Shown here: one piece after another, positions 8,115 through 17,910 of the stretch | Numbering within the stretch: position 1 is the first letter of the stretch | Layout of the letters: every line of letters begins with the position of its first letter | IMG/VR virus record: IMGVR_UViG_3300028797_000128 | Coordinates: 32,001 to 96,000 of that record | Origin: a virus | Taxonomy: Duplodnaviria > Caudoviricetes | Length of the DNA: 64,000 nt | Direction: 5' to 3' (one strand) | Position numbers and translations under genes: made by a program | The notes under the pieces: generated by a model | What the model saw: the letters and a program-made list of their open reading frames with translations, nothing else | The model's database searches: none | What the model was told of the DNA's origin: nothing

Positions 8115-8143
8115 TTGACAAATCAAGAAATTAGTGTTATAAT
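8115..8143 (+). promoter_or_regulatory. Rightward sigma-A promoter (family copy 3) upstream of tnpB
   Basis: 8113-8150 matches 5693-5730 at 37 of 38 positions. Confidence 0.88.
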
Positions 8144-8218
8144 ATAATTGTGGGGAACAATATAATTTTTCTCTATTATTATATCCTTGCATAACAAGAA
8201 ATGAAAGGTGGTGAATAA

Positions 8219-9316
8219 ATGTTTAGAGCTTACAAGATGAGAATATTCCCAACAGAAGAACAAAAAACATTGATAACAAAGACTTTTGGTTGCTGCCGTT
8301 GGTACTGGAATCAGGCATTGCATGACAATATAGAATATTACAAAGAAAACGGCAAGGGCAAAATAACAACTCCCGCAAAATATAAAGCGGAGAATGAATG
8401 GTTAAAAGAAGTGGATGCTGTTGCATTGTGTTGTACTCAAATGGATCTGCAATCGGCTTTCTCTAAGTTTTTCAAAAAACCAAATGTTGGATTCCCTAAA
8501 TACAAATCTAAGAAAAGACCTAAGAACAGCTACAAAACAACTCAAACACGAGGATTTGTTGTTGGAGATGATTATGTAAAGCTTACGAAATTAGGTAAGG
8601 TTAAACTTATAAATCATCGTCACAAAACTGGAACGTGTAAATCGGCTACGATATCACTCACATCAAGTGGCAAATACTATGTGTCTTGTTTATTCGAGGA
8701 AGATATTGACTTTCTGTCAGAGACAAACAAGGAAGTTGGGATTGACTTAGGTCTTGCAGATTTGGCAATTTGCTCCGACGGCACTAAGTTTCCTGTGCTT
8801 AGGGCGTTGCGTAAGAATTTAGCAAAACTAAAGAGAGAACAACGTAAACTTAGTAAAATGACTTTCGGTAGCAATTGCTATCTAAAACAAAAACAAAGAG
8901 TAGCAGAATTGCATGAGCATATAGCAAATCAGCGCAAAGATTATTTACATAAGGTAAGCCACAAACTCATAAACGAGAACCAAGTTGTGTGTTTGGAGGA
9001 CTTAAATGTAAAGGGTTTGCTCAAGAATCATCATCTGGCTCTATCAATATCTGACGTTGGCTGGTCTAAATTTGTATCAATGCTACAGTACAAGGCAGAT
9101 TGGTATGGCAGAACAGTACAGAAGATAGGGCGATTCTATCCGAGTAGTCAGATATGCAGTAGTTGTGGTTGCGTAACAGGTAAGAAACCATTGCATATTC
9201 GAGAGTGGGTTTGCCCTGAGTGTGGAGCAAAACACGACAGAGATGTAAACGCAGCTAAGAATATACTGCAAGAAGGTAAAAGAATTTTGGCGGCAAGCAC
9301 TTGTCGTGACAGGTAG
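8219..9316 (+). CDS. tnpB: RNA-guided endonuclease TnpB
   Basis: N-terminal HTH (TFGCCRWYWN), RuvC GIDLG / CLEDL / HDRDVNAA, zinc finger CSSCG..CPECG. Confidence 0.96.
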   Translation: MFRAYKMRIFPTEEQKTLITKTFGCCRWYWNQALHDNIEYYKENGKGKITTPAKYKAENEWLKEVDAVALCCTQMDLQSAFSKFFKKPNVGFPKYKSKKRPKNSYKTTQTRGFVVGDDYVKLTKLGKVKLINHRHKTGTCKSATISLTSSGKYYVSCLFEEDIDFLSETNKEVGIDLGLADLAICSDGTKFPVLRALRKNLAKLKREQRKLSKMTFGSNCYLKQKQRVAELHEHIANQRKDYLHKVSHKLINENQVVCLEDLNVKGLLKNHHLALSISDVGWSKFVSMLQYKADWYGRTVQKIGRFYPSSQICSSCGCVTGKKPLHIREWVCPECGAKHDRDVNAAKNILQEGKRILAASTCRDR

Positions 9317-9434
9317 TTTATGCTTTCGGATAAGTTGTGTCAGCCTATAAATGGCACAACGAAGCCGAATCGAGCTACAAGCCCGTTGGCTTTAGGCGAC
9401 GGGTAGTTGACATTCTTTAATTGAGGTGGATGAT

Positions 9435-9668
9435 ATGTATTATAATGGCAAATGGTACGAGGAATGTGAAATGTCAGCTTATGTGCGACAATTGGAACAA
9501 GAACGTGATGCCTATAAGGAAGAATTAAAAGACTGGCTGCGTAAGGCTTGTGAATGTATCGAGGGCAACGATTTCGACTGCTCAATATGTACATTTTATG
9601 GTTCTGTAAAGTGTCCAAGCAAAGTCAACACTTATGATGCAAAGCTCAGACTGGAGGAGTTACGATGA
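9435..9668 (+). CDS. Hypothetical Cys-containing protein
   Basis: ORF track, GAGGTG RBS. Confidence 0.7.
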   Translation: MYYNGKWYEECEMSAYVRQLEQERDAYKEELKDWLRKACECIEGNDFDCSICTFYGSVKCPSKVNTYDAKLRLEELR

Positions 9669-9793
9669 AACTGAGAGAACTACTTAAAGGCAAAGGTCAG
9701 ACACGCATCAAGGAATATGAGCAGTATGGAGATCAACTCATATTTGTAGGTGGTGGTTTCTATGACGGCAGACGCATACTTCCTCTTGATTAG
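9665..9793 (+). CDS. Small ORF (MKLRELLKGK...ILPLD) hit at its 3' end by IS element 2
   Basis: GGAGG RBS; stop codon TAG supplied by the first bases of the element. Confidence 0.55.
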   Translation: MKLRELLKGKGQTRIKEYEQYGDQLIFVGGGFYDGRRILPLD

Positions 9794-11086
9794 AATTTCG
9801 GCGCGTACTCGTGACTTTAGTCGTGAGTTAGCCGAAACAATATCTCAAATAAGACAATACATACAAAATCAGAAAGAGAGGTGATATTATGGAGAAAGCG
9901 TATAAGTTTAGGTTATATCCTAATAAGGAGCAACAGATTCTTTTGGCAAAGACTTTTGGTTGCGCACGCTTTGTTTATAATTATTATCTCGACAAAAGGA
10001 TAACTGCTTATAAAACTGATAAAACTACATTAAGTGCTTACGATTGTATAAGAGATTTGACTTCTTTAAAGAAAGAGTATGAATGGCTTAAAGAACCTGA
10101 TAAGTGTGCATTGCAGAATACGCTAAAAGATTTGGATAGTGCATACAAAGGATTCTTTAAGTCGGGCAAAGGCTTTCCCAAGTTTAAATCAAAGAAAACA
10201 CATAGATATTCATATAGAACTTCTTATACAAATAACAATATACAATTCTTAGGTAACTCAATCAAACTACCTAAACTTGGTAAGGTTAAAATCAGAGATA
10301 AGCAGATTCCACAGGGTAGGATTCTTAATGCTACAATATCTCAAACACCTTCTGGTAAATACTATTGTTCATTATGTTGTACAGATGTAACAGTAGAACC
10401 TTTTGAAAAGACTGGAAGTGTAGTTGGTATTGACTTAGGTATTAAAGAATTTGCAATAACGTCTGATAATGAACACATTGAAAATCCTAAATATTTAGCA
10501 AAATCTTTAAAGAAACTCGCTCGGTTACAACGTCAACTTTCTCGAAAAACAAGAGGTAGTAATCGTTGGAATAAGGCAAGAATAAAGGTTGCTAAGTGTC
10601 AGGAACAAATTGCAAATCAAAGAACAGACTTCTTACACAAACTATCTACAAGACTTGTAAAGGAATATGATGTTATTAGTCTTGAAGATTTAAATGTAAG
10701 CGGTATGCTTAAAAATCATAAACTTGCAAGAAGTGTTTCTGATGTGTCGTGGTCGCAGTTTACTACTATGTTGCAATACAAAGCTAATTGGTACGGCAAG
10801 GATATTATCAAAATAGATAGATTCTTTGCGAGTAGCCAGTTATGCAATGTGTGTGGCTATAAGAACACTGAGACTAAGGATTTAAGTGTTAGGTCGTGGG
10901 TGTGTCCTAACTGTGGCACTTCACATGACAGAGATGTTAATGCTTCAATAAATATATTGAACGAAGGACTAAGGCAAATAGTCTAACATATGTAAAGCGG
11001 TAGGAACTATCGTGTTAGCTCGTGGAGAAAGTAGGTTACGAAATCTATGAAGCGAGAACCCTACGACTTTAGTCGTGGGAGGTTCA
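9791..11086 (+). mobile_element. tnpB-only IS200/IS605 (IS1341-type) element 2
   Basis: Preceded by TTGAT; left and right subterminal hairpins share GACTTTAGTCGTG (9808-9827, 11060-11079); ends GGTTCA. Confidence 0.88.
9889..10986 (+). CDS. tnpB: RNA-guided endonuclease TnpB
   Basis: [17 protein letters not shown] / SLEDL / HDRDVNA catalytic D-E-D, CNVCG..CPNCG zinc finger. Confidence 0.97.
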   Translation: MEKAYKFRLYPNKEQQILLAKTFGCARFVYNYYLDKRITAYKTDKTTLSAYDCIRDLTSLKKEYEWLKEPDKCALQNTLKDLDSAYKGFFKSGKGFPKFKSKKTHRYSYRTSYTNNNIQFLGNSIKLPKLGKVKIRDKQIPQGRILNATISQTPSGKYYCSLCCTDVTVEPFEKTGSVVGIDLGIKEFAITSDNEHIENPKYLAKSLKKLARLQRQLSRKTRGSNRWNKARIKVAKCQEQIANQRTDFLHKLSTRLVKEYDVISLEDLNVSGMLKNHKLARSVSDVSWSQFTTMLQYKANWYGKDIIKIDRFFASSQLCNVCGYKNTETKDLSVRSWVCPNCGTSHDRDVNASINILNEGLRQIV

Positions 11087-11096
11087 GGATAGCGAG

Positions 11097-11288
11097 GTGA
11101 CGAAAATGAGATTAATATTGAGTTTAGTTCTGACAATTTGTGGCGCATATTTTATTTTCAGTTATGGAGAGTCAATGAATAGCCTAAGTTATCTCGACCA
11201 AAATCACAAACCTGTGTGGAAGGTGGCAGTCGCTTGTTTTGATTTATTAGTGGCTGGCATAAACCTTGCCAAATTTTTACAGAAATGA
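11097..11288 (+). CDS. Small membrane protein
   Basis: Two hydrophobic segments. Confidence 0.65.
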   Translation: MTKMRLILSLVLTICGAYFIFSYGESMNSLSYLDQNHKPVWKVAVACFDLLVAGINLAKFLQK

Positions 11289-11470
11289 CTTTGCCTGTAA
11301 TAAAAACCGTGTTGGCAACAGGCGACCAATACGGATCTGGATTGAAGAAGATGATGGCTTGGCTGAAGATATGTGACTTAGGCAATGTGTCAGACGCACA
11401 GGCTCAGATGTATTTAGATTATTTGAATGGAGATGATAACAATGTGTTCAGAGACAACAAGAAAGATTAA
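11285..11470 (+). CDS. Hypothetical protein
   Basis: ORF track, ATGA coupling. Confidence 0.6.
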   Translation: MTLPVIKTVLATGDQYGSGLKKMMAWLKICDLGNVSDAQAQMYLDYLNGDDNNVFRDNKKD

Positions 11471-11615
11471 AGAGTTTTCTACCGATGTGAAACAAACCGA
11501 CGCACTTCTTGCTTTACTCGATTATTATGATAGACCCGCCCTTATCAATATATCAGAGCAAGAGGGACTTGAATTTCTCGCAAAGTTAGAAAGTGGTGAA
11601 ATTGTAATTGGGTGA
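11427..11615 (+). CDS. Hypothetical protein (true start probably a few codons downstream)
   Basis: ORF track. Confidence 0.55.
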   Translation: MEMITMCSETTRKIKEFSTDVKQTDALLALLDYYDRPALINISEQEGLEFLAKLESGEIVIG

Positions 11616-12171
11616 TATATTTCGAGGCTTCTTGCATTGTTTACTTGTTGATGTAGCTGTTGCTCTTGCATTCACCGCATTGTATGCCTATATGGATGAA
11701 AAGGCTTTTGAGATATTATACAGTGGGCGCAGAAGATTTGACGGGGAGTATAATACAGAACGACTATTATCAGCATTGGTATTCGGTCTTATTCCATTTA
11801 TAGGCTTTGGAAGTTTGTGTTACTGCCTTTATACACTATCAGATAGGGTTGAGGGGCACGTGTGGAGTATTAGATTGATAAGTAGAAAGAGACAAAGCGT
11901 TCTAATCGTGCAAGAACCGTGTGATTTTAGTGCAGAATTGGCGTTGTTTATTTTACAAGGTCAAATTATATTCAGAAAACTAAGGCGCAGAATTGCCACG
12001 AGAATTACACGAATTTTTCATAAGGAGGATAAAGATGGTTCATATCATAAGCGAGTGGTATTACGAGATGGACGAATTTCAGTATGTTCTGATACGGAAA
12101 TATATGAAAAGAAAAGGCATTTTCGGGCAAACTGGAAAGTATTCGGACGAAATGGTAGAGAAGAAAGATGA
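11608..12171 (+). CDS. Membrane protein (3' part overlaps next gene)
   Basis: Two transmembrane-like segments. Confidence 0.5.
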   Translation: MGDIFRGFLHCLLVDVAVALAFTALYAYMDEKAFEILYSGRRRFDGEYNTERLLSALVFGLIPFIGFGSLCYCLYTLSDRVEGHVWSIRLISRKRQSVLIVQEPCDFSAELALFILQGQIIFRKLRRRIATRITRIFHKEDKDGSYHKRVVLRDGRISVCSDTEIYEKKRHFRANWKVFGRNGREER

Positions 12172-12331
12172 AGTGGGATATTATCATACTTTAGAGTCGA
12201 TGATGAAGGGACTTGCAAGAATCATGGTCAAGGAGAAATACGACCGTGGAGAGATCAAGACTATCAGAGATCACATTCAGGCATTACAGGATTTACAAGA
12301 AGAACTGCGTGATTTATTGAGGAGTGAATAA
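12035..12331 (+). CDS. Hypothetical phage protein (GYYHTLE motif)
   Basis: AAGGAGG RBS before MVHIISEW. Confidence 0.8.
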   Translation: MVHIISEWYYEMDEFQYVLIRKYMKRKGIFGQTGKYSDEMVEKKDEVGYYHTLESMMKGLARIMVKEKYDRGEIKTIRDHIQALQDLQEELRDLLRSE

Positions 12332-12467
12332 AATGATATTAAGAAGTAAATATACTATGATAGTTTGTGCGGATGATTTTGATTATAAATGGTGTTCTCG
12401 CAAAGGCGTATTTTGCCACAAAGATTCATTTGGGTTTGAATGTGGTAGCTGTCATAGGAGATAGTAT

Positions 12468-13046
12468 ATGCCTGTAGGAGTGTACCAGATAAAGAATGTG
12501 GTTAATGGCAAGAGATATGTTGGTGAGTCATTAGATGTTGTCAAACGCTGGGGCGAGCACCGCAGAGATTTAGCAAAGGGCAATCACCATTGCAAGCGTC
12601 TACAAACTGATTACAAACATTATCCCGATGCTGTGTTCAGGTATAGGATAAGAGAAAGGTTTTGGTTTACGAAACATTTTGTTAATCACAACAAGCTTAT
12701 TCTCACTCTACTACTTCGAGAAGGTTATCACATGGATAAGACTAACTCACTTCTTGCATACAATACCGACGATACTATCGGTGCTTTGAAGATGTTTGCC
12801 GATACCGGGAATAATAAGCGATTTGCAAAATATAAACGATATCGCAGATGGATTAATCGCCACATTGGTTATGCAATTCACTGGCGACCACATATCTTAG
12901 TGGCAAGTTTATATAATTACGCAGTCCGTTTCTTCCTTTACACATTGGTGGGGGTGATAATATGGGTACTCTTATCTTTTACATCATTCTCTTTGGAGGC
13001 GGTTACAAACTTTATAAATGGTTTCAGATTCGCAAACGGGGCATAA
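12468..13046 (+). CDS. GIY-YIG nuclease-domain protein with C-terminal hydrophobic anchor
   Basis: GVYQIKN...YVGES..V.KRW.EH; C-terminal FFLYTLVGVIIWVLLSF. Confidence 0.8.
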   Translation: MPVGVYQIKNVVNGKRYVGESLDVVKRWGEHRRDLAKGNHHCKRLQTDYKHYPDAVFRYRIRERFWFTKHFVNHNKLILTLLLREGYHMDKTNSLLAYNTDDTIGALKMFADTGNNKRFAKYKRYRRWINRHIGYAIHWRPHILVASLYNYAVRFFLYTLVGVIIWVLLSFTSFSLEAVTNFINGFRFANGA

Positions 13047-13426
13047 ATATTGTCAGGCTCGATCAGGAATTGCAAAGTCTTAACGAGCAGCGTAATCGCT
13101 TAATGGCATTGCACTCTATGATAACGGATGTAGATTTGTGTAGCCACAAAGCTCACACCTATAAGATATTTAACATCTCATGGATAGATGATGTTACAGG
13201 CGAAAGACAAGAGTACGATTTGTTTATTGCCGATAATAAAAATGCAAACGCTAAAGCCTTGCGGACTTTGGCAACAATTGAGATAGCTGAAATCAAACCT
13301 TCTCTCAATGATGATATTGAGAGATTCAAATTGAGAAGTCATATGATGACTAAAGAGCAGAAGCAAGTCTCTAATGAGATTGAAAGAGAAGTTGAAACTA
13401 TGGGAGAGACAAGTGTTCATTTCTGA
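12962..13426 (+). CDS. Membrane-anchored coiled-coil hypothetical protein
   Basis: N-terminal TM segment; GGGGTG RBS. Confidence 0.7.
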   Translation: MGTLIFYIILFGGGYKLYKWFQIRKRGINIVRLDQELQSLNEQRNRLMALHSMITDVDLCSHKAHTYKIFNISWIDDVTGERQEYDLFIADNKNANAKALRTLATIEIAEIKPSLNDDIERFKLRSHMMTKEQKQVSNEIEREVETMGETSVHF

Positions 13427-13520
13427 CCTCTCCCCTGCCGGGTTTAGGGTAGCGATTGTGCCTTTGCGGTAGATTAATCTATAAATTTTTAACCGCTATT
13501 GACGAAAGGGGAGATAAAAA

Positions 13521-13829
13521 ATGCAATGTAAGGATATTAAATATTGTGAGATGTGTGGAAAGAAAATAAGTGATATCAACGATCCTAATACGGACTGGAT
13601 GTCTCATATAAGAATTAAATATTGTCCTGAGTGTGCTGCTTATAGGAGAAAGATGAATAAACGGAATTGGGCTTCTAAAAATACCGATGCTCATAAGACG
13701 GTTGAAGCGTTTCTCGGAGAGTATTCTGCTCTGATGAGAGAGCAGATATCGGAACTGAAAGAACAGGTTGAGTTGGTTAAGTCTGAGAATGATTTGCTTA
13801 GAAAACAGATAATTAGTCTTAGAGAGTAA
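13521..13829 (+). CDS. Zinc-finger/coiled-coil protein
   Basis: CEMCG...CPECA plus leucine-rich coiled coil. Confidence 0.8.
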   Translation: MQCKDIKYCEMCGKKISDINDPNTDWMSHIRIKYCPECAAYRRKMNKRNWASKNTDAHKTVEAFLGEYSALMREQISELKEQVELVKSENDLLRKQIISLRE

Positions 13830-13895
13830 AAATGTGTAAAATATTTGCTATATTTTTGTGTGAGCAAGATAATAAATGAGTGATACAAGGGGGGA

Positions 13896-16754
13896 ATGGA
13901 TAATTTGGAAACAAATTCTGTATACATACTTTCATGTGAGGCAAAAGACCTTTATGCAGCCAAGAGATTGGTTAATCCCGTAATAGATGATAAAGGTGTG
14001 GTTCTCGGACATACCAACACTAATCTGAAGCGTTGGAAGAATACACTTGACTTCAGCCTTGATCTTATGAAACTTCGTGAAGTTGCCTATCAGCATTATC
14101 ATAATCGTAGCTCATTCTTCTTTGATAAGGAGTTGGGCAAGGAATTTACTCAGCGTGTTATCAATGTAGACTTTGACTTAGCCTATAAAGAGTGGAATCG
14201 TCATGGTGACATATATGTGCGTGATGGCTACGGCATGGCAGACATTAAAGAGATTGGCAAGTATGGTGACAGGACATTCTATAAGGACGGAATCTGTATT
14301 GGTGTAAAAGTTGGCGATGTTACAGAAGATGAAGTCGTGGTGTGGGACGGTGTGCCAAAGTATTTCGTGTATGATGAAGCTAATCGCAAAATCAAACTTG
14401 GCAAGAGTATACCGACGCTTATGAGTCGTGGAGAGCTTCGCTTTGACCTTTATGAGAATGGATTTATCTGTAATGGCATAAAGTATGTGCGTTACAAGAG
14501 ATCGTCAGGCAGTAGTCGTGTTGGTAAGTGTCTTTTTATAGACGAGAATCTTTATCCCGCAATGCACAAATGGGAGTTGTGTGGCTTAAAGATTAAAGAG
14601 GGAGACAAGATTGACCTTGCCGCATTTGAAGCCTACATCTCATTACCTTCCAGTAGTTGTATTGATACTCTTGAGATACGCCCCGAAAACATACTTGTTA
14701 TTGATGACTATGAGTCAGAGTTTGAAGATGATGTCGTAGCGGTCTATGGCGAGGGTGAGGATTTTGTTGCCAAAGAGGAACGAGCCAAGATAAAGAATAG
14801 CATTTGGGATGGGCAAAGTCTCTTAGATGTAAGTATGTATGGTGAGCATTACGCAGATAGAACAATGCTCCTTCTTCGTAACCGTTTCTTCAAGAGTGCA
14901 TCATTCAAGACAAGAATACAGGACTGGTTTAGAGATAATGGCATTACAGAAGTATCTCAGCTTAAAGGTTATACCAGAGCAACCCGCATAGAGGATATCA
15001 AACTTATTACTACTCCATCAAGTATAAAGTATGTGAAGTTTGGCACTATTGAGCAATGGCTTGACAATCTCTATCCGACTTTTGGAATAGTAAAGTATGA
15101 GAAGCCTACTAAATATTTGGATGGCAGAATGGTTCAATGCCATTATCAATTACTCAACTCTCTGCAACTTACTCGTGATGATATACAAGCATTACTACAG
15201 CCTAATTTTGATTATCTCAATCTCATCCGCAAGGACGCTGCGGTAATGCGCTATCATCTCAAATACCCTTATGCTTTAGCCGATAATGATGAACCTTGTT
15301 TGACCCGTGATGAGATTATCATGAAGGTAATTGGAATGAATAGCAAGTTTGTAGAAACAAAGTTGTATGACAACTTCCGCAAGGAACTTGTAAAGTCTAT
15401 GCTAAAAGAATATCGCAAGGGGCATATATGGATTAGTGGCAACTATGAAACCCTGATTGGCAACGGCATTGAAATGTTGCAAGCTACTATTGGCGCGTTT
15501 AAAGGCGAGAGTGTTTTAGGTGTTGGACATATTCATACAAAGAGATTTGAGTATGGTAAGACTTTGCTTGGTACAAGATCCCCGCATATAAATTCAGGTG
15601 ATGTTCTACTTACAACCAATGTGGCAAATGAGCTTTATGACAGATATCTGGTTTCAAGCAATGAAGTTGTTCATATTAATAGCATAAATGAAAATATATT
15701 GCAGAGACTTCAAGGTGCTGACATGGATTCCGATTGTATACTGCTTACTGATAATGAAGTTCTTATAAATGCCGCTAAGAAAAATTATGATAAGTTTAGA
15801 GTCCCCACAAGTTTCATTGAGGCTAAGAAGATTCAGTGGACTTATGACGCAAAATCAAAGGCACAGCTTGATATAAATACAAGTGTTAATTTGATAGGTC
15901 AGATTGTTAATCAATCGCAATACCTCAATTCAATAATGTGGGAACGCATTTATAATGAAGTAAAACAAGGTATTTCAAACGAAGATGCAATCAGGCATCA
16001 ACATGAATTATATGATGATATTTGTATACTCAGTGCTGCCAGTGGATCTGAGATCGACCGAGCCAAGAAGATGTTTGATGTTGATACGTCAAAAATGCTC
16101 ACAACATTAAAAGAAAAGTACGGCATTTATACTGAGGTTAATGGTAAAGAGAAATTTACAAAACCGCTTTTCTTTCGCAACATCACTCTCGGAAACGGAT
16201 ATACACTTAATCCTAATCAGTATTATAGGCAGTTTGAAACATCTATGGATTATCTACAAAAGGCAATTGATAAATTCAGAGCCGATAAGATTGAAGCAAA
16301 AAATCTGCCGTTCTGTGAGATTATCAAACCTATGGACGTAGATTGGCGCAAGGCAAACTCTCGCCTGTACAACAAGGTTTATGAGATTATAAACAAAATT
16401 AAGGCTATGCGTGAAAGCATACAGAGTGCATATATTGGGTATACGGATAAAACCAAAGATGAGAAAAAACTCATAACCAAAGAAGTCGCAGAAATCAGAA
16501 GTCACTGTGTAGACTATGTTGCAAACATTCATTTAAACGATGTTGAGATGTATTTGCTTTTAAGGGAAATAGATAAGGATAAAAATGCAGGATATGCAAG
16601 AACAATTTTCGACACATTGTTTGCAACAGGCAATGCCGACCTGTATGAAATGATAAGAAGTAGTTCTGACGAGCAGTATAAACTCTCAAAAAAGAGTAAT
16701 GAAAATTGCGTAAGACTATTCAATTATGACTATTTTAAGCAAAAAATCGGCTAA
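13896..16754 (+). CDS. yonO: YonO-like single-subunit DNA-dependent RNA polymerase (cellular RdRP/double-psi barrel family)
   Basis: 952 aa; RSPH motif and catalytic loop RLQGADMDSD (DxDxD at ~15720-15734); located upstream of yonK/yonJ-like genes and the late module as in SPbeta. Confidence 0.85.
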   Translation: MDNLETNSVYILSCEAKDLYAAKRLVNPVIDDKGVVLGHTNTNLKRWKNTLDFSLDLMKLREVAYQHYHNRSSFFFDKELGKEFTQRVINVDFDLAYKEWNRHGDIYVRDGYGMADIKEIGKYGDRTFYKDGICIGVKVGDVTEDEVVVWDGVPKYFVYDEANRKIKLGKSIPTLMSRGELRFDLYENGFICNGIKYVRYKRSSGSSRVGKCLFIDENLYPAMHKWELCGLKIKEGDKIDLAAFEAYISLPSSSCIDTLEIRPENILVIDDYESEFEDDVVAVYGEGEDFVAKEERAKIKNSIWDGQSLLDVSMYGEHYADRTMLLLRNRFFKSASFKTRIQDWFRDNGITEVSQLKGYTRATRIEDIKLITTPSSIKYVKFGTIEQWLDNLYPTFGIVKYEKPTKYLDGRMVQCHYQLLNSLQLTRDDIQALLQPNFDYLNLIRKDAAVMRYHLKYPYALADNDEPCLTRDEIIMKVIGMNSKFVETKLYDNFRKELVKSMLKEYRKGHIWISGNYETLIGNGIEMLQATIGAFKGESVLGVGHIHTKRFEYGKTLLGTRSPHINSGDVLLTTNVANELYDRYLVSSNEVVHINSINENILQRLQGADMDSDCILLTDNEVLINAAKKNYDKFRVPTSFIEAKKIQWTYDAKSKAQLDINTSVNLIGQIVNQSQYLNSIMWERIYNEVKQGISNEDAIRHQHELYDDICILSAASGSEIDRAKKMFDVDTSKMLTTLKEKYGIYTEVNGKEKFTKPLFFRNITLGNGYTLNPNQYYRQFETSMDYLQKAIDKFRADKIEAKNLPFCEIIKPMDVDWRKANSRLYNKVYEIINKIKAMRESIQSAYIGYTDKTKDEKKLITKEVAEIRSHCVDYVANIHLNDVEMYLLLREIDKDKNAGYARTIFDTLFATGNADLYEMIRSSSDEQYKLSKKSNENCVRLFNYDYFKQKIG

Positions 16755-16782
16755 ATTTGCACGATAGTAAAATAATTAACAT

Positions 16783-16819
16783 GAGGAAAACGGCTATATT
16801 ACGCCGTTTTTTCTCTTTT
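16783..16819 (+). terminator. Intrinsic terminator after RNAP gene
   Basis: GAGGAAAACGGC-loop-GCCGTTTTTTCTC then TTTT. Confidence 0.65.
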
Positions 16820-16893
16820 GGATAGTGGGGAATATGGATATATGAATATTTGTTCATGTATTCAAATAATAAAACACGAAAGATGTGAAATTA

Positions 16894-17082
16894 ATGATTG
16901 AAATTTCAAAAGCTGAAGCACAGTATCTCAGAAATCACGGAATCCATGAGGGTATAACAAGAACGATGAGACAGAAGTCCAAGCGCAAGCATGTATTGGT
17001 TGCTGAGGAACGTTATATTCTTGAGTTGCTTAATGAATATCGCAAGTCTCAGAATGTCGTACTCACATACGGCACAGTCTAA
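16894..17082 (+). CDS. Small basic hypothetical protein
   Basis: ORF track; MIEISKAEAQYLR. Confidence 0.7.
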   Translation: MIEISKAEAQYLRNHGIHEGITRTMRQKSKRKHVLVAEERYILELLNEYRKSQNVVLTYGTV

Positions 17083-17137
17083 ATCCACTACGGTGGCAGT
17101 CGGATGGCTGATCTTAATTTAAGTGAGGAATTGTTTT

Positions 17138-17899
17138 ATGGCTAAGAAGAAACCAGAAACAAAAGTTGATGAAGTAATAGAGAAGGAAATCCCAGAAGGA
17201 TATGTAGAAATCACGCCAGAACAGCTTATGGAATTGCAGGGCGGTGGAATCCAAACTGTAATGAATATCGGTCTTGGTGAAAAACTCGTTCTTGAAGATA
17301 TGCAGGATCGCATTATGTATCTTGATGGCGAAGTAAATTCAGATGTACTTCATACAATTATTATGCAGATATATAAATTAAACGGAGTAGATATTGGTCT
17401 TGAACCAGAAGATATGCAGCCTATTATACTCATTATTAATTCTGGCGGTGGTTCTGTTATGGACGGACTTGCTTTATGTGATGCTATTAATGCGAGTCGT
17501 GTACCTGTAATTGCAATCTGCATTGGTTACGCATATAGTATGGCATTCAACATTTTTACTCAGTGCGACTTGAGACTTGCTACTAAGAACGCCTCATTCC
17601 TTTACCATGATGGCTGGACTTGTGATAGTAATGTTTCAAGCAAAGTTAAGGATGCGGCTAAGTTCTACGACAAGGTTGATGAACGAGTAAATAAGCTCAT
17701 TGCCAACAGGACAAAACTTACAGTAGATTATCTTTCGAGTATAGCAAGAGCAGACACATATTGGTTTGCCGATGAAGGCAAAGAAAATGGATTTGTTGAT
17801 GCTATTATAGGCGAGGATATTGATATAGCAGAGATATTTGGCTTTATGGGGGATATACCTTGTGAGTGTGACCACGACAAGTGCGATTGCAAGAAGTGA
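17138..17899 (+). CDS. clpP: ClpP-family serine protease
   Basis: INSGGGSV, AYSMA (catalytic Ser), LYHD (His), DTYWFADE. Confidence 0.9.
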   Translation: MAKKKPETKVDEVIEKEIPEGYVEITPEQLMELQGGGIQTVMNIGLGEKLVLEDMQDRIMYLDGEVNSDVLHTIIMQIYKLNGVDIGLEPEDMQPIILIINSGGGSVMDGLALCDAINASRVPVIAICIGYAYSMAFNIFTQCDLRLATKNASFLYHDGWTCDSNVSSKVKDAAKFYDKVDERVNKLIANRTKLTVDYLSSIARADTYWFADEGKENGFVDAIIGEDIDIAEIFGFMGDIPCECDHDKCDCKK

Positions 17900-17910
17900 G
17901 GTGAAGCCTC

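Larger units (their letters stand above)
8061..9411 (+). mobile_element. tnpB-only IS200/IS605-family element 1 (left boundary approximate)
   Basis: tnpB plus right-end hairpin CCCGTTG-GCTTTAGG-CGACGGG-TAGTTGAC (9382-9411); possible left-end hairpin ~8066-8106. Confidence 0.7.

Noticed and set aside
13896-16754. True RNA-dependent RNA polymerase or RNAi-like system
   Set aside because: Family resemblance to cellular RdRPs is expected for YonO-type enzymes, which are DNA-dependent; synteny supports a late-gene RNAP
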